61,219 bases of DNA from Fimbriiglobus sp. (GCA_025362195.1 JANYHV010000020.1:1-61219), one strand, 5' to 3'; counted from the first letter of the stretch, positions 9,220-18,941 are shown. Program-made: numbers and translations. Notes: generated from the sequence alone by a model not told the origin.

Positions 9220-10878
9220 ATGCCCCCCATGCACACACTCGCGATTCTGCTCACGCTCGCGGTCCTACAAGCCCCCGTCGGCTCGACGCGCGGCGTGGTC
9301 GTCTGCGTCTCGCCGGCTGCGGCGGAGGTCGGCGCGGCGGTGCTGGCGCGGGGCGGGAACGCCGTCGATGCGGGCGTGGCCACGGCGTTCGCGCTGGCGG
9401 TCACCTGGCCGGAGGCGGGCAACGTCGGCGGGGGCGGGTTCATGCTCGTGCAACCGCCCGGGGACGCGGTGCCGACGTTCATCGACTACCGCGAGAAGGC
9501 CCCGCTGGCCGCGACGAAGGAGATGTTCGCCGGGAAGATCGACTTCACGTCGGCGGTCACGGCCGGCGTCCCCGGCACGGTGCGCGGCCTGGAACTGGCG
9601 CACAAGAAGCACGGGACGGTGCCGTGGAGAGACCTCGTGCTGCCGGCCGTCGGCCTCGCCGAGAACGGCTTCGTCGTCAACGCGGCGCTGGCGCTGAGCC
9701 TCAACACGATCTTGAAAAGCAAGCAGACGACCAACGCCGAGTTCCGCCGGGTCTACGGCAAGAACGGCGGCAAGGAGCCGTGGCAAGCCGGCGACACGCT
9801 GAAGTTGCCCGACCTCGGCCGGACGCTCCGCAAGGTGGCGGAGCAGGGGCCGGCGGCGTTCTACACCGGCGACCTCGCCGACGCCTTCGACGCCGAGATG
9901 ACCGCCAGCGCCGGCCTCATCACGAAGCAAGACCTGGCGGCGTACACCGCCGTTGACCGGCCCGTCATCACCGGCACGTACCGCGGCTACGACATCGTCG
10001 CGGCCGCGCCGCCGTCGTCCGGCGGGACGACGCTGATCGAGACGCTCAATATCCTCGAACACTTCGACGTGAAGGCGCACCCGCGGCACTCGGCCGAGAC
10101 GATCCACCTGATGGCCGAGGCGATGCGCCGGTCGTTCCGCGACCGCGCGGCGTACCTGGGCGACCCCGACTTCACCAAAGTCCCGGCGCACATCACCTCG
10201 AAGGAGCACGCCAAGAAACTCGCGGCGACCATCGACCTGACCAAGGCGACGAAGAGCGAAAGCCTCGCCGGGGAGATTCCACTCGCCCCGGAGGGGACGC
10301 AGACGACGCACTTTTCCATCGTCGATGGCGCGGGCATGGCGGTTGCGAACACGTTCACGTTGGAGAACTCTTATGGCTGCCGCGTCGTCGTGCGGGGGAG
10401 CGGTTTCATCCTCAACAACGAGATGACGGACTTCAACCACAAGCCCGGCGTGACCGACCGCACCGGCAACATCGGCACCCCGGCCAATCAGGTCGCGGGC
10501 GGCAAGCGGATGCTCAGTTCGATGTGCCCGGTCATCGTGCGCAAGGGCGGCAAGACGGTCCTCGTCACCGGCAGCCCCGGCGGGCGGACGATCCTCAACA
10601 CGGTCGCCTGCGTGGTCGTCAACGTCGTCGATTACGGCATGGACGCGCGGGCCGCCGTGGACGAGCCGCGGCACCACATGCAGTGGTTTCCCGACAAGAT
10701 TTCGCTCGAAGATTCGCCGGACTTCCCCGCGCTGAGTGCGAAGTTGAAGGCGATGGGCCACGCGGTCACGAAGCACCGCCAGGGGGACGCGCACACCGTC
10801 GTCATCGACCCCAGGAGTGGCACCGCTTTCGGGGCCGCGGACAAGCGCCTCGACGGCGCGGCGGTCAGCCCCAAGTGA
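9220..10878 (+). CDS. ggt: Gamma-glutamyltransferase (secreted)
   Basis: Signal peptide, GGNAVDA, IDYREKAP, autocleavage QTTHFS, LNNEMTDF, KRMLSSM, GSPGG. Confidence 0.96.
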   Translation: MPPMHTLAILLTLAVLQAPVGSTRGVVVCVSPAAAEVGAAVLARGGNAVDAGVATAFALAVTWPEAGNVGGGGFMLVQPPGDAVPTFIDYREKAPLAATKEMFAGKIDFTSAVTAGVPGTVRGLELAHKKHGTVPWRDLVLPAVGLAENGFVVNAALALSLNTILKSKQTTNAEFRRVYGKNGGKEPWQAGDTLKLPDLGRTLRKVAEQGPAAFYTGDLADAFDAEMTASAGLITKQDLAAYTAVDRPVITGTYRGYDIVAAAPPSSGGTTLIETLNILEHFDVKAHPRHSAETIHLMAEAMRRSFRDRAAYLGDPDFTKVPAHITSKEHAKKLAATIDLTKATKSESLAGEIPLAPEGTQTTHFSIVDGAGMAVANTFTLENSYGCRVVVRGSGFILNNEMTDFNHKPGVTDRTGNIGTPANQVAGGKRMLSSMCPVIVRKGGKTVLVTGSPGGRTILNTVACVVVNVVDYGMDARAAVDEPRHHMQWFPDKISLEDSPDFPALSAKLKAMGHAVTKHRQGDAHTVVIDPRSGTAFGAADKRLDGAAVSPK

Positions 10879-12017
10879 GTACCGACCCCAACCCCCGGCA
10901 GCGCATCCTCCGGGCGGCGACGACCGTCGTCGTCAAGGTCGGCACCAACGTGCTGGCCGACGCCGCGGGTGTACTCGACCGGCACCGCATCCAGTCGCTG
11001 GCCGACCAAGTCCAGCGGGTCCGCGTCGGCGGCCGGCGGGTCGCCCTCGTCACCTCCGGTGCCATCGGCGCGGGCGTCGGCAAGCTCAAACTGGGCAGCC
11101 GCCCGACCGACTTGCCGCACCTCCAGGCGTGCGCCGCCGTCGGCCAGGCGGCGCTCATGCAACTCTACCAGGAGAGCCTCAACCGGTACGGGGTGATGAC
11201 CGCGCAACTACTGCTCACGGCCGGCGACTTCGACAACCGCGCCCGCTACCTGAACGTCCGCAACACGATCGCGACGCTGTTCGAGTACGGGGCGTTGCCG
11301 GTCATCAACGAGAACGACACGGTCAGCGTCGCGGAGATCAAGTTCGGCGACAACGACCAACTCGCGGCGATGACGGCGAATTTGCTCCAGGCCCCGCTGC
11401 TCGTCCTGCTCACCAACGTCGATGGCCTGTACAGCGCCGACCCGCGCGAAGACCCGACGGCCAAGCTCGTGCGGACCGTCGAGGCGATCGACGCGGGCGT
11501 CACCGGGCTGGCCGGGGCGACGAAGAGCCAACTCGGCACCGGCGGGATGCGCAGCAAATTGAAGGCGGCCCGCATCGCCACGTCGGCCGGCGGGGCGGTG
11601 ATTATGGCCAACGGGTCGCTCGACGGCATCCTCGACCGCGTCTTCGCCGGGGAGGAAGTCGGCACCCTGTTCCTGCCCCAGGGCGACGCGATGCCGGCCT
11701 GGAAGCGCTGGCTCGGCTACACCGCCCAGCCGCGCGGCGAACTCCTCCTCGACGCCGGGGCCGTGCGGGCCGTCGCCGAGCAGGGCAAGAGCCTGCTCCC
11801 GGTCGGCGTCCGCGGCGTCCGCGGGGACTTCGGCAAGGGGGACGTGGTGTCGCTGCTCGACCCGGCCGGCCGGGAGTTCGCCCGCGGCCTGTCGAATTAC
11901 GCCGCCGCCGAGGCGACGCGCATCGCCGGCCGCACCACCGACGCCCTGGCCCGCGACGGCGGGACGCTGCAATACGCCGAGCTGATCCACCGCGACAACC
12001 TCGTCGTGGTAGGCTGA
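10875..12017 (+). CDS. proB: Glutamate 5-kinase with PUA domain
   Basis: VVKVGT, VTSGAI, AAVGQ, INENDTV, FGDNDQL, GTGGMRSK, C-terminal IHRDNLV. GTG start overlaps the ggt stop. Confidence 0.97.
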   Translation: MSTDPNPRQRILRAATTVVVKVGTNVLADAAGVLDRHRIQSLADQVQRVRVGGRRVALVTSGAIGAGVGKLKLGSRPTDLPHLQACAAVGQAALMQLYQESLNRYGVMTAQLLLTAGDFDNRARYLNVRNTIATLFEYGALPVINENDTVSVAEIKFGDNDQLAAMTANLLQAPLLVLLTNVDGLYSADPREDPTAKLVRTVEAIDAGVTGLAGATKSQLGTGGMRSKLKAARIATSAGGAVIMANGSLDGILDRVFAGEEVGTLFLPQGDAMPAWKRWLGYTAQPRGELLLDAGAVRAVAEQGKSLLPVGVRGVRGDFGKGDVVSLLDPAGREFARGLSNYAAAEATRIAGRTTDALARDGGTLQYAELIHRDNLVVVG

Positions 12018-12052
12018 ACCGGAGTACTCAACCGTGAGGGGCGAGCGCTGCC

Positions 12053-12468
12053 ATGCGAGTACCGATCTGGGTAACGATGACCGTTAGTTTCGCCGGCATG
12101 CAGGTGCCAGTATGGCTCCTGTTGAACGACGGGCACTGGTCGCTCCTACTCGTTGGGCTTGTCGGTGTCGCTATTAGCCCGTTCGTCGCTGTTATGTTGG
12201 CAGCGTGGTACTTGAGTCCAATCCTGGACAGTCTTGGTCTGTCGCGGGGATCGCGTTAGCGATGGTCATGATTGGGGTTGCTGGGTGGTTATGAGGTGCT
12301 CAAGACGACAAGGGCATCGACCTGTTTCTGATGTTGGAATTCGGCGTCCCCGCGGCTCAAATGTTCCTGCTCGGGGCCGGCCTGGCAGTGGCGTGGTGGC
12401 TGTACGGCACGCCTGTTATGCGAGACCCTAAAGTTCGTACTCGATCCGGGGACGAGCTTCGGCGTTAG
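12053..12468 (+). pseudogene. Probable decayed multi-TM membrane protein gene (frameshift plus in-frame TGA)
   Basis: Hydrophobic ORF 12053..12259 is continued in another frame by VAGIALAMVMIGVAGWL*(TGA 12292)GAQDDKGIDLFLMLEFGVPAAQMFLLGAGLAVAWWLYG...RR*(TAG 12466). The region is visibly AT-richer than its flanks. Confidence 0.5.
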
Positions 12469-12512
12469 CTTCGCGGTGCCGGGTCGTCTTGCTGGCAGGG
12501 GAATCTCGTAAC

Positions 12513-13058
12513 GTGACGCGGGCCGCGAATCCTGTTCCCGACGACGGCCGGGACGGCGAGGTCGCGGCGCTCTACCGGTCGCACGCGCGGGCGGTCTGGG
12601 CGGTCGCTTACGCCCGGCACCTGGACCGCGACTTGGCCCTCGACGTGGTCCAGGAAACCTTCCTGCGCTTCTGGGCACAGCGGGACCACGGCGGGGCCAT
12701 CGAGAACCCGCGGGCGTGGCTCATGCGGGTGGCGAAGAACCTGGCCGAGGACCACGCCAAGAGTGCGTTCCGCCGCAACGGCACGCAACCGGGCGATAGT
12801 CTGGGCCGGCTGAGTGCGGCCGGGCCGTCCCCGCCGGACCTGTTGGAGCAGAAGGAATTGTTCGCGGTGATTCACGACCTGTTGCGCGAACTGCCGCCGG
12901 CCGACCGGGACATCCTGACGATGCGGTACGCCCTCGACGACGACGCCCCGACGATCGCCGCGGCCCTGGGCATCCCGGTCACCGCGGTCCACATGCGGCT
13001 GAGCCGGGCGCGGCAGCGGCTCGCGGAAAAACTCGCCACCCACGGAGTCCGGCCATGA
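12513..13058 (+). CDS. ECF sigma-70 factor
   Basis: Region 2 ALDVVQETFLR...RAWLMRVAKN, region 4 LPPADRDIL...IAAALGIPVTAVHMRLSRAR. Start uncertain (GTG 12513 or TTG 12489). Confidence 0.92.
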   Translation: MTRAANPVPDDGRDGEVAALYRSHARAVWAVAYARHLDRDLALDVVQETFLRFWAQRDHGGAIENPRAWLMRVAKNLAEDHAKSAFRRNGTQPGDSLGRLSAAGPSPPDLLEQKELFAVIHDLLRELPPADRDILTMRYALDDDAPTIAAALGIPVTAVHMRLSRARQRLAEKLATHGVRP

Positions 13059-13345
13059 CCTCGCCCGAAGACCCCCTCGACGACGCCCTGCGGCGGTACT
13101 TCGCCCACCAGATGGCCGGCCTCGACCCGGTGGCCCCGCGTGCCCCCGTCGTCCGCCGCCCGGCGGGTCAGCGGCGGAGCGAGTTGACGCTGGCCCTGTC
13201 GGTCGGCGTCGGCCTGGCCGCGGCCCTCGCCCTGATGCAATCCCCCGGCGACCAGACCCGCGCCCGCCCGCGTGCCGCTACCCCGACGACGAGCCTCCTG
13301 CAAGGGGCCACCGCCGACGGCAGCCGCCTCCCCGCCGCGAAATGA
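13055..13345 (+). CDS. Small single-TM protein, putative anti-sigma factor
   Basis: ATGA overlap with the ECF sigma. LDDALRRYF N-terminus followed by TM LALSVGVGLAAALALM. Confidence 0.6.
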   Translation: MTSPEDPLDDALRRYFAHQMAGLDPVAPRAPVVRRPAGQRRSELTLALSVGVGLAAALALMQSPGDQTRARPRAATPTTSLLQGATADGSRLPAAK

Positions 13346-13420
13346 CCTGCACGCCGGTCCACGCTTGCGGTGCCGGTCCGGTCGGGCGATAATCGGCGAA
13401 CTATTCTTCAGGAGTTCGCC

Positions 13421-14797
13421 ATGAGTCGCGTCCTGTTCGCCGTGCTGTGCCTGAGTTCGGCTGTCGTGGCCGGTCTCGACGAGGGCAAAAGGGCTGAAGC
13501 TCCGGCCGCCGGCCCGCTCTCCCGCTACCGCCTGACCCCCGGCCGGCAAATCGAGTACCGGGTCGAGTCACTGTTCAAATACGAAGAAGGCAAGACCGGC
13601 GGCGAGATGCGCCGCGACAAGGACTGGACCGGCTGGGTGCTCCGCGCCAACCCGGACGGCAGTTCGCGCGTCCTCGTCCGCGAGGTGAACCACTTCGTCC
13701 GGGTGCAGAATGGCAAAGCGAGCGAAGACGCGCCCACGACGGAGATCACTTACACCGACGTCTTCCCGGACGGCCGGATGTTGCCGAACACGACGACGCG
13801 GTACAAGCGTGGCCCGGCCGCCCTGTTCCCGCAACTCCCGCGGACGGAGGCCGAAGCGAAAGCCGGGTGGGAGGGCACCGCCGACGACGCTAAGGTCGTG
13901 GCCAAACCGCTCCCGGCCGGGCATTTTTCGACGACGACCGTGGACCGGAAAGACGCGATTTACCTGAGTACGCGGAAGGCGACGTTCCAGTTCGACCCGG
14001 CCGTCGGCCTGATCGCCAAGGGGGAAACGGAGAGCACCCAGGGCTACGGCTTCGTCGGTAAGACGGTCGGCTCGTTCAAATTGACGGCGGACAAGACGCT
14101 CCCCACCGCCGAGTTGGTGAAACTGGCCGCCGACGCCGACCGCTACTTCCCGGCGACGGCCGCCTACGACGAGGTCGTCGAAGCGGCCGGGAAGCTCCCG
14201 CCCGACCGGTCCAAAGCTTCGCTCACCGACGCGTTGAAGGCCCTCAAAGTCGCCGCCGACGCGATCGCCCACCTGGACCTGAAGTCGGCCCTCGCGGAGC
14301 GGGTCAAGGCCTACGAGTCTGTCGCCGCGAGTACGCTGAAAGAGGCCGAGCGGCGGGACCAGTTCGTCGGCAAGCCGGCGTTCGCGTTCGCCGCCGTGGA
14401 CCTTTCCGACAAGGCGGTCAAACTCGGCGACCTGCGGGGCAAAGTCGTCGTCCTCGACTTCTGGTACCGCGGCTGCGGCTGGTGCATCAAGGCGATGCCC
14501 CAGATGAACCAACTGGTCGGCGACTTCGCGGGCGAACCGGTGGCGATCCTCGGCATGAACACCGACGAGGACAAGGCGGACGCCGAACTCGTCGTCAAGG
14601 CGATGGGCCTGAAGTACCCGACGCTCCTAGTCGAGCGCCCGATGGCCGACAAGTTCGGCGTACAAGGCTTCCCGACCCTCGTCATCATCGACAAGGCGGG
14701 CGTCGTCCGCGACCTGCACGTCGGATACACGACGAGTTTGCGGGACGATGTCGGCAAAACGATCCGCCGACTGCTGGCGGAAAAACCACTCCAGTAA
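13421..14797 (+). CDS. Secreted TlpA/ResA-like thiol-disulfide oxidoreductase with long N-terminal domain
   Basis: GGAG RBS at 13411, signal peptide, GKVVVLDFWYRGCGWC (CxxC), FGVQGFPTLVIID (cis-Pro loop). Confidence 0.88.
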   Translation: MSRVLFAVLCLSSAVVAGLDEGKRAEAPAAGPLSRYRLTPGRQIEYRVESLFKYEEGKTGGEMRRDKDWTGWVLRANPDGSSRVLVREVNHFVRVQNGKASEDAPTTEITYTDVFPDGRMLPNTTTRYKRGPAALFPQLPRTEAEAKAGWEGTADDAKVVAKPLPAGHFSTTTVDRKDAIYLSTRKATFQFDPAVGLIAKGETESTQGYGFVGKTVGSFKLTADKTLPTAELVKLAADADRYFPATAAYDEVVEAAGKLPPDRSKASLTDALKALKVAADAIAHLDLKSALAERVKAYESVAASTLKEAERRDQFVGKPAFAFAAVDLSDKAVKLGDLRGKVVVLDFWYRGCGWCIKAMPQMNQLVGDFAGEPVAILGMNTDEDKADAELVVKAMGLKYPTLLVERPMADKFGVQGFPTLVIIDKAGVVRDLHVGYTTSLRDDVGKTIRRLLAEKPLQ

Positions 14798-14801
14798 TCG
14801 C

Positions 14802-15443
14802 TCACAGCAGTCGTCGGACCTGTTGACGGAGTGCCGCGGCCACGAAGGTCGCCAGCGGCTCGGCGGCTGGTTCGGTGGTCAGGTAGGTGTGTTGAACGCC
14901 CAGGGCGTTGAGTTTCTCGTGCAGGCGGTCGTTGCCGCGGTGGTGCCTGTGGGTCGGCCGGCAGGCGAAGGCGATGTGCGGCGGGGTCTTGAACTGGCGG
15001 ACCGCCAGGAGGGCCGAGTCCTGGCGGCAGGCTTCGCGGCTGTCGTAGTGGTCGTCGAGCGGCGTGCCGGTGCCGTACTCGTCGTGCAGATCAATCGCGG
15101 CCGAGTCGGTGGCGACGACGGGGAAGCGGCCGGCTTGCCGGAAGGCGAGTCGCAGGGCGGCGTGCCCGCCGAGGCCCGTGCCGACGAGCGCGACGTGCGG
15201 CACGGCCCACCGGTCGCGCGCCCACGGGTTCAGCACCTCGGCCACCCACACTTCACCGGCCGGCGTCGCCCAGAAGTGGGCGGGCGGGACGACTTCGACG
15301 ACGCCGATCCCCAGGGCCGTGAGGTGGTGGCCGAACTCGCCGGGGTCGCCGTCGTGGAGCAGCAGGGCGACGCCGGCCCCCTCCGCCGGGTCGGCGAGGA
15401 CGCGCACGGCGTGGTCGCCGACGGGAATGAGGGTGTCGTGCAA
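14802..15443 (-). CDS. Alpha/beta-hydrolase (esterase-like) fold protein, degenerate
   Basis: ALLLHD, nucleophile-elbow-like VGTGLGGHAALRLAF, DRLHEKLNALGV. TTG start at 15443 inferred from ORF 14802..16178. Confidence 0.65.
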   Translation of the reverse strand: MHDTLIPVGDHAVRVLADPAEGAGVALLLHDGDPGEFGHHLTALGIGVVEVVPPAHFWATPAGEVWVAEVLNPWARDRWAVPHVALVGTGLGGHAALRLAFRQAGRFPVVATDSAAIDLHDEYGTGTPLDDHYDSREACRQDSALLAVRQFKTPPHIAFACRPTHRHHRGNDRLHEKLNALGVQHTYLTTEPAAEPLATFVAAALRQQVRRLL

Positions 15444-15445
15444 CG

Positions 15446-15475
15446 AAAAACGGCCGGGGTTTTTGGCCCCGGCCG
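15446..15475 (-). terminator. Putative intrinsic terminator after the TPR gene
   Basis: 9-bp stem CGGCCGGGG (15451-59) / CCCCGGCCG (15467-75), followed by TTTTT on the minus strand, 19 nt after the stop at 15494. Confidence 0.5.
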
Positions 15476-15493
15476 CTCCAGAAAATGGGGGCG

Positions 15494-16813
15494 TTACTTG
15501 GCGAGTTCGGCTTGCAGCTTCTTGAGCTTGGCTTCGACCTTTTTGCGGCGCTCGATGTCCCGCTTCGAGGCGTCTTCGAGCTTTAACGCCTTGGTCCAGA
15601 CTTCGACCGCTTCCTTCTTCTTGTCGAGCTTGACGAGGCAGTCGGCGACGTGGTCCCAGATCTCGATGTGGTTGCCCTCTTCGGCGTCTTGGCTGGCCTT
15701 GTCGAGGTACTTGTACGCCTCCTCGTACTTGCCGCGCTTGTAGAGCACCCAGCCGAGGCTGTCGAGGTACGCGGAGTTCTCCTGCTTGGCGAGGTCTTCG
15801 GTGATCTGGCCGTCGTCGAGGAGTTTCTTCCGCAACTCGGCGTCCAGGGTCATCGCCTTGCGGACGAGGGTCTCGGCCTCGTCGAGCTTGCGGTCGTTGT
15901 CGGCCAGCACGTAGCCCAGGTCGTTGTAAAAGGTACTGCTCTCGGGGTTGCCCTTGAGCAGCTTTTCGAGGAGTTCGACCGACTGATCGACCTGCTTGTT
16001 GTCCACGTAGACGCCGGTCAGGGTGTACTCCATGTCGCGGGCGAGGGCCTCCCGCTCGGACTTCTTGACGCCCTTCGCGGCCCGGACCTTTTCGATCGCT
16101 TCGAGGTACTGGGCGATCGCCTCGTCGAGCTTGTTGCCCTCGCGGTAGACCTCGGCCTTCATCTTGACCATGTACCACAAGATCTGCTCCCGGCGGTTCT
16201 TGTCGATGGCGGCGATGAGGCCGTCGATCTTGGTGATCGCTTCGTCCGTGTTGCCGCCCTTGGCCAGGGTCTGGATGAGCTTCTCCATGTAGGAGAGTTG
16301 CGCGTCCTCGACCTCCTTACCGCCGCCGTCCAGCACCCGCTTGGTCAACTCCTCGGCCTTGTCGAACTTCTTCTGTTCGTTGAGGATGTCCACCAGGGTC
16401 TTGTGGCAGTCGAGCATCTTCTTGCCGCTCTGCAGCTTCTCGGCGTTGGCGAAGCAGAAGGTGTAGAACGCCTCGGCGGCGGGCCAGTCCTTGACGAGGA
16501 TGGCCAGGTTGCCCAGGACGATCCCGGCGTTGTACTTGAACGGCGGGTCCTTCTCGCCGGCGTCCATGAGCACTTTGGCCGCGACGGCGACGAGTTTCTT
16601 GGCCGCGTCCTTGTCCTTGAACAGTTCGCGGAGCTTGGCCTTCGTGGCGTCCTCGCTGGTCAGCGAGTTCAGCTTCAGGGCGGTTTCCTTCAACTGCTCG
16701 TCGGTCGGGGCGTCGGTTTTGGGCGTCGGCTTGGGCGCGTCTTGCGGGGTCGCCAGGGCGACGCCGGTCATCAGAAGTGCGGCCAGGGCGGCCGGGAGCC
16801 AGCGGGTGGTCAT
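15494..16813 (-). CDS. Secreted tetratricopeptide repeat protein
   Basis: Signal peptide MTTRWLPAALAALL. TPR motifs FYNDLGYVLAD, AYLDSLGWVLYKRGKYEEA, IWDHVADCL. Confidence 0.88.
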   Translation of the reverse strand: MTTRWLPAALAALLMTGVALATPQDAPKPTPKTDAPTDEQLKETALKLNSLTSEDATKAKLRELFKDKDAAKKLVAVAAKVLMDAGEKDPPFKYNAGIVLGNLAILVKDWPAAEAFYTFCFANAEKLQSGKKMLDCHKTLVDILNEQKKFDKAEELTKRVLDGGGKEVEDAQLSYMEKLIQTLAKGGNTDEAITKIDGLIAAIDKNRREQILWYMVKMKAEVYREGNKLDEAIAQYLEAIEKVRAAKGVKKSEREALARDMEYTLTGVYVDNKQVDQSVELLEKLLKGNPESSTFYNDLGYVLADNDRKLDEAETLVRKAMTLDAELRKKLLDDGQITEDLAKQENSAYLDSLGWVLYKRGKYEEAYKYLDKASQDAEEGNHIEIWDHVADCLVKLDKKKEAVEVWTKALKLEDASKRDIERRKKVEAKLKKLQAELAK

Positions 16814-16970
16814 GGGGGGGCCTCGCGGAGGGAAACGCGGACGGAACGGAGGTACCAAACTATACCCCCGGCGGACGGCCGTCGCCATGCCGATTCTCCC
16901 GCGGATACCCCCTACGCCGGGCCGACCTACAATGACCGCCGTCCCGTACCCGTCCGAGCCGAGGTGCCGA

Positions 16971-18215
16971 GTGAGCGCGAAAATTCCGATCGTGGGCGTG
17001 GGGCCGGACGGCCTCGCCGGGCTGACCGTGCGGAGCCGCGAAGTGCTGCTCGCCGCCGAGGTCGTGTTCGGGTCCGAGGCGGCCCTGCGTCTGCTGCCCG
17101 AACTGACCGCCGAGCGCGTCCGCGTCGGCACCGACTTGCCCGAGGTCGCCGAGCGGTTGCGGGCCGGCCTGGGCGTCAAGCGGCAGGTCGTCGCGGCCAT
17201 CGGCGACCCGCTCTTCTACGGCACCGCCCGGTACCTGTGCGACAAGGTCGGGGCCGACTCGTTCGAGGTCGTGCCGCACGTGTCGTCGATGCAACTCGCC
17301 TTCGCCCGGCTCAAGGAGAGTTGGGAGGAGGCGTACCTGACTGACCTGTCGGCCAAGCGGCTCGACGACGTGCTGGACAAGATTCGCAGCGCCGAAACCG
17401 TCGGCCTGTTCACCAGCGAGGCGTCCCCGCCGAACCGCATCGCCCGGGAACTCCTGGCCCGCGGCATCGACTACTTCCGCGCGGCCGTGTGCGAGAACCT
17501 CGGCGGCCGGGACGAGCGGGTCACCCAGGGCGAGCTCTCGGAGATTCAGGACCTGCGGTTCGACCCGTTGAACATCATGATCCTGCGCCGCAAGCCGAAC
17601 AAACCGGACGCCCCGCGGCGGACCTCGAAGCTCGCCCGGTTCGGCAACCCGGACGAGGTGTTCGCGCAGTCCCGGCCGAAGAACAGCCTCATCACGCAGG
17701 CCGAGGTGCGGGCCGTGGCGCTGGCCCAACTCGACCTGCAGGTCGGCGACGTGGCCTGGGACGTGGGGGCCGGGTCGGGGTCGGTGGCCATCGAGATGGC
17801 CCAGCTCACGCACCCCGGCATGGTCTACGCCATCGAGCAGGACTCGGCCGACTACCACTTGATCGTCGCCAACGCGGAGCAGTTCGGCGTGCCGAACGTG
17901 AAGCCGGTGTTCGGCCGTGCCCCGGCCGTGTTCACCGACCTGCCGTCGCCGGACGCGGTGTTCGTCGGCGGGAACGGCGGGGAAGTCGCGCGGCTTTTAG
18001 AAAGCTCGTTCGCGGCGCTCCGGCCCGGCGGCCGGCTGGTCGTCAACGTCGGCACGCTGGAAATGATCACCGCGACCTACGAAGTGTTGAAGCGGCTCGC
18101 GCCGACCGTGGACGTGCTGCTGATGAACCTGGCCCGCGGCGTGGAGCAGTTGGAGAGCCTGCGGTTCGAGGCGATCAACCCGTCCGTGATCTTGCGCGTC
18201 CGCAAGCCGGCGTAG
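16971..18215 (+). CDS. cobL: Bifunctional precorrin-6Y C5,15-methyltransferase (decarboxylating), CbiE-CbiT fusion
   Basis: IVGVGPDG, GDPLFYG, PHVSSMQLAFAR, CENLG, ITQAEVRA, WDVGAGSGSVAIE, PDAVFVGG. GTG start behind GAGGT. Confidence 0.92.
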   Translation: MSAKIPIVGVGPDGLAGLTVRSREVLLAAEVVFGSEAALRLLPELTAERVRVGTDLPEVAERLRAGLGVKRQVVAAIGDPLFYGTARYLCDKVGADSFEVVPHVSSMQLAFARLKESWEEAYLTDLSAKRLDDVLDKIRSAETVGLFTSEASPPNRIARELLARGIDYFRAAVCENLGGRDERVTQGELSEIQDLRFDPLNIMILRRKPNKPDAPRRTSKLARFGNPDEVFAQSRPKNSLITQAEVRAVALAQLDLQVGDVAWDVGAGSGSVAIEMAQLTHPGMVYAIEQDSADYHLIVANAEQFGVPNVKPVFGRAPAVFTDLPSPDAVFVGGNGGEVARLLESSFAALRPGGRLVVNVGTLEMITATYEVLKRLAPTVDVLLMNLARGVEQLESLRFEAINPSVILRVRKPA

Positions 18216-18334
18216 TGCCGCACCCGGCCGGTCGGCAGGCCGGGAGACTGTCCGCCCGCCGAACCGCCCCCTAGAACGGTTTTGCCGGTCGGACCGTCCG
18301 CCGGCTCCACGTCACAATTGAGAGGATGATTGCG

Positions 18335-18868
18335 ATGCTCCGTTCCCTGACGCTCGCGTTGCTCCTGGCCGTCCCCGCGCTCGTGATGGCCGACGACAAG
18401 AAGCCGGACAAGGCCGACGACAAGAAGCCGGAAAAGGCCGAGAAGTTCGACGCCGCCAAACTGGTCGGCGACTGGAAGATTACCGACGGCATGAAGGCCG
18501 GCGACAAGCCCGGCGCGGACGTGGGCAAGGGCGTGGCCACCGTCACGAAGGACAAGATCAGCCTGAAGTCCGACGGCATGGGGTTCGTGTTCGGGTACAA
18601 GATCGACGACAAGAAGGACCCGGTCGCCATCGACATGGAAATCCTGGAGCCGGACGGCCTGAAGGGCGCGAAGGCCCTGGGCATCGTGAAGATTGACGGC
18701 GACAAGTTCACCCTGTGCTACAACCCGAGCATGGGCGGGGCGCGGCCGACCAAGTTCGAGTCCACCAAGGAGAACGGGAACTTCCTGTTCGTCCACACGA
18801 AGGCCAAAGCGGAAGATAAGAAGGACGAGAAGAAGCCCGACAAGGTCGAAGACAAGAAGTCGAAGTAA
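18335..18868 (+). CDS. TIGR03067 planctomycete domain protein, secreted, with Lys/Asp-rich ends
   Basis: Signal peptide, then LVGDWK...YKIDDKKDPVAID...GIVKIDGDKFTLCY...RPTKFES. Alternative start 18326. Confidence 0.8.
   Translation: MLRSLTLALLLAVPALVMADDKKPDKADDKKPEKAEKFDAAKLVGDWKITDGMKAGDKPGADVGKGVATVTKDKISLKSDGMGFVFGYKIDDKKDPVAIDMEILEPDGLKGAKALGIVKIDGDKFTLCYNPSMGGARPTKFESTKENGNFLFVHTKAKAEDKKDEKKPDKVEDKKSK
18388..18435 (+). repeat. Coding 24-nt tandem repeat (ADDKKPDK/ADDKKPEK)
   Basis: GGCCGACGACAAGAAGCCGGA(C/A)AA occurs twice in tandem. Confidence 0.7.
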
Positions 18869-18941
18869 CCCCGCAGTCCGCGTGCAACCGTTCCACGTCG
18901 CCGGGGCCGCCCCCGGCGATTCGCTTTCCCCAGGTGCCCCC

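Noticed and set aside
12292-12294. In-frame TGA as selenocysteine or recoded Trp
   Set aside because: There is no redox motif or evident SECIS hairpin, TGA is the normal stop of many genes here, and a frameshift accompanies it.
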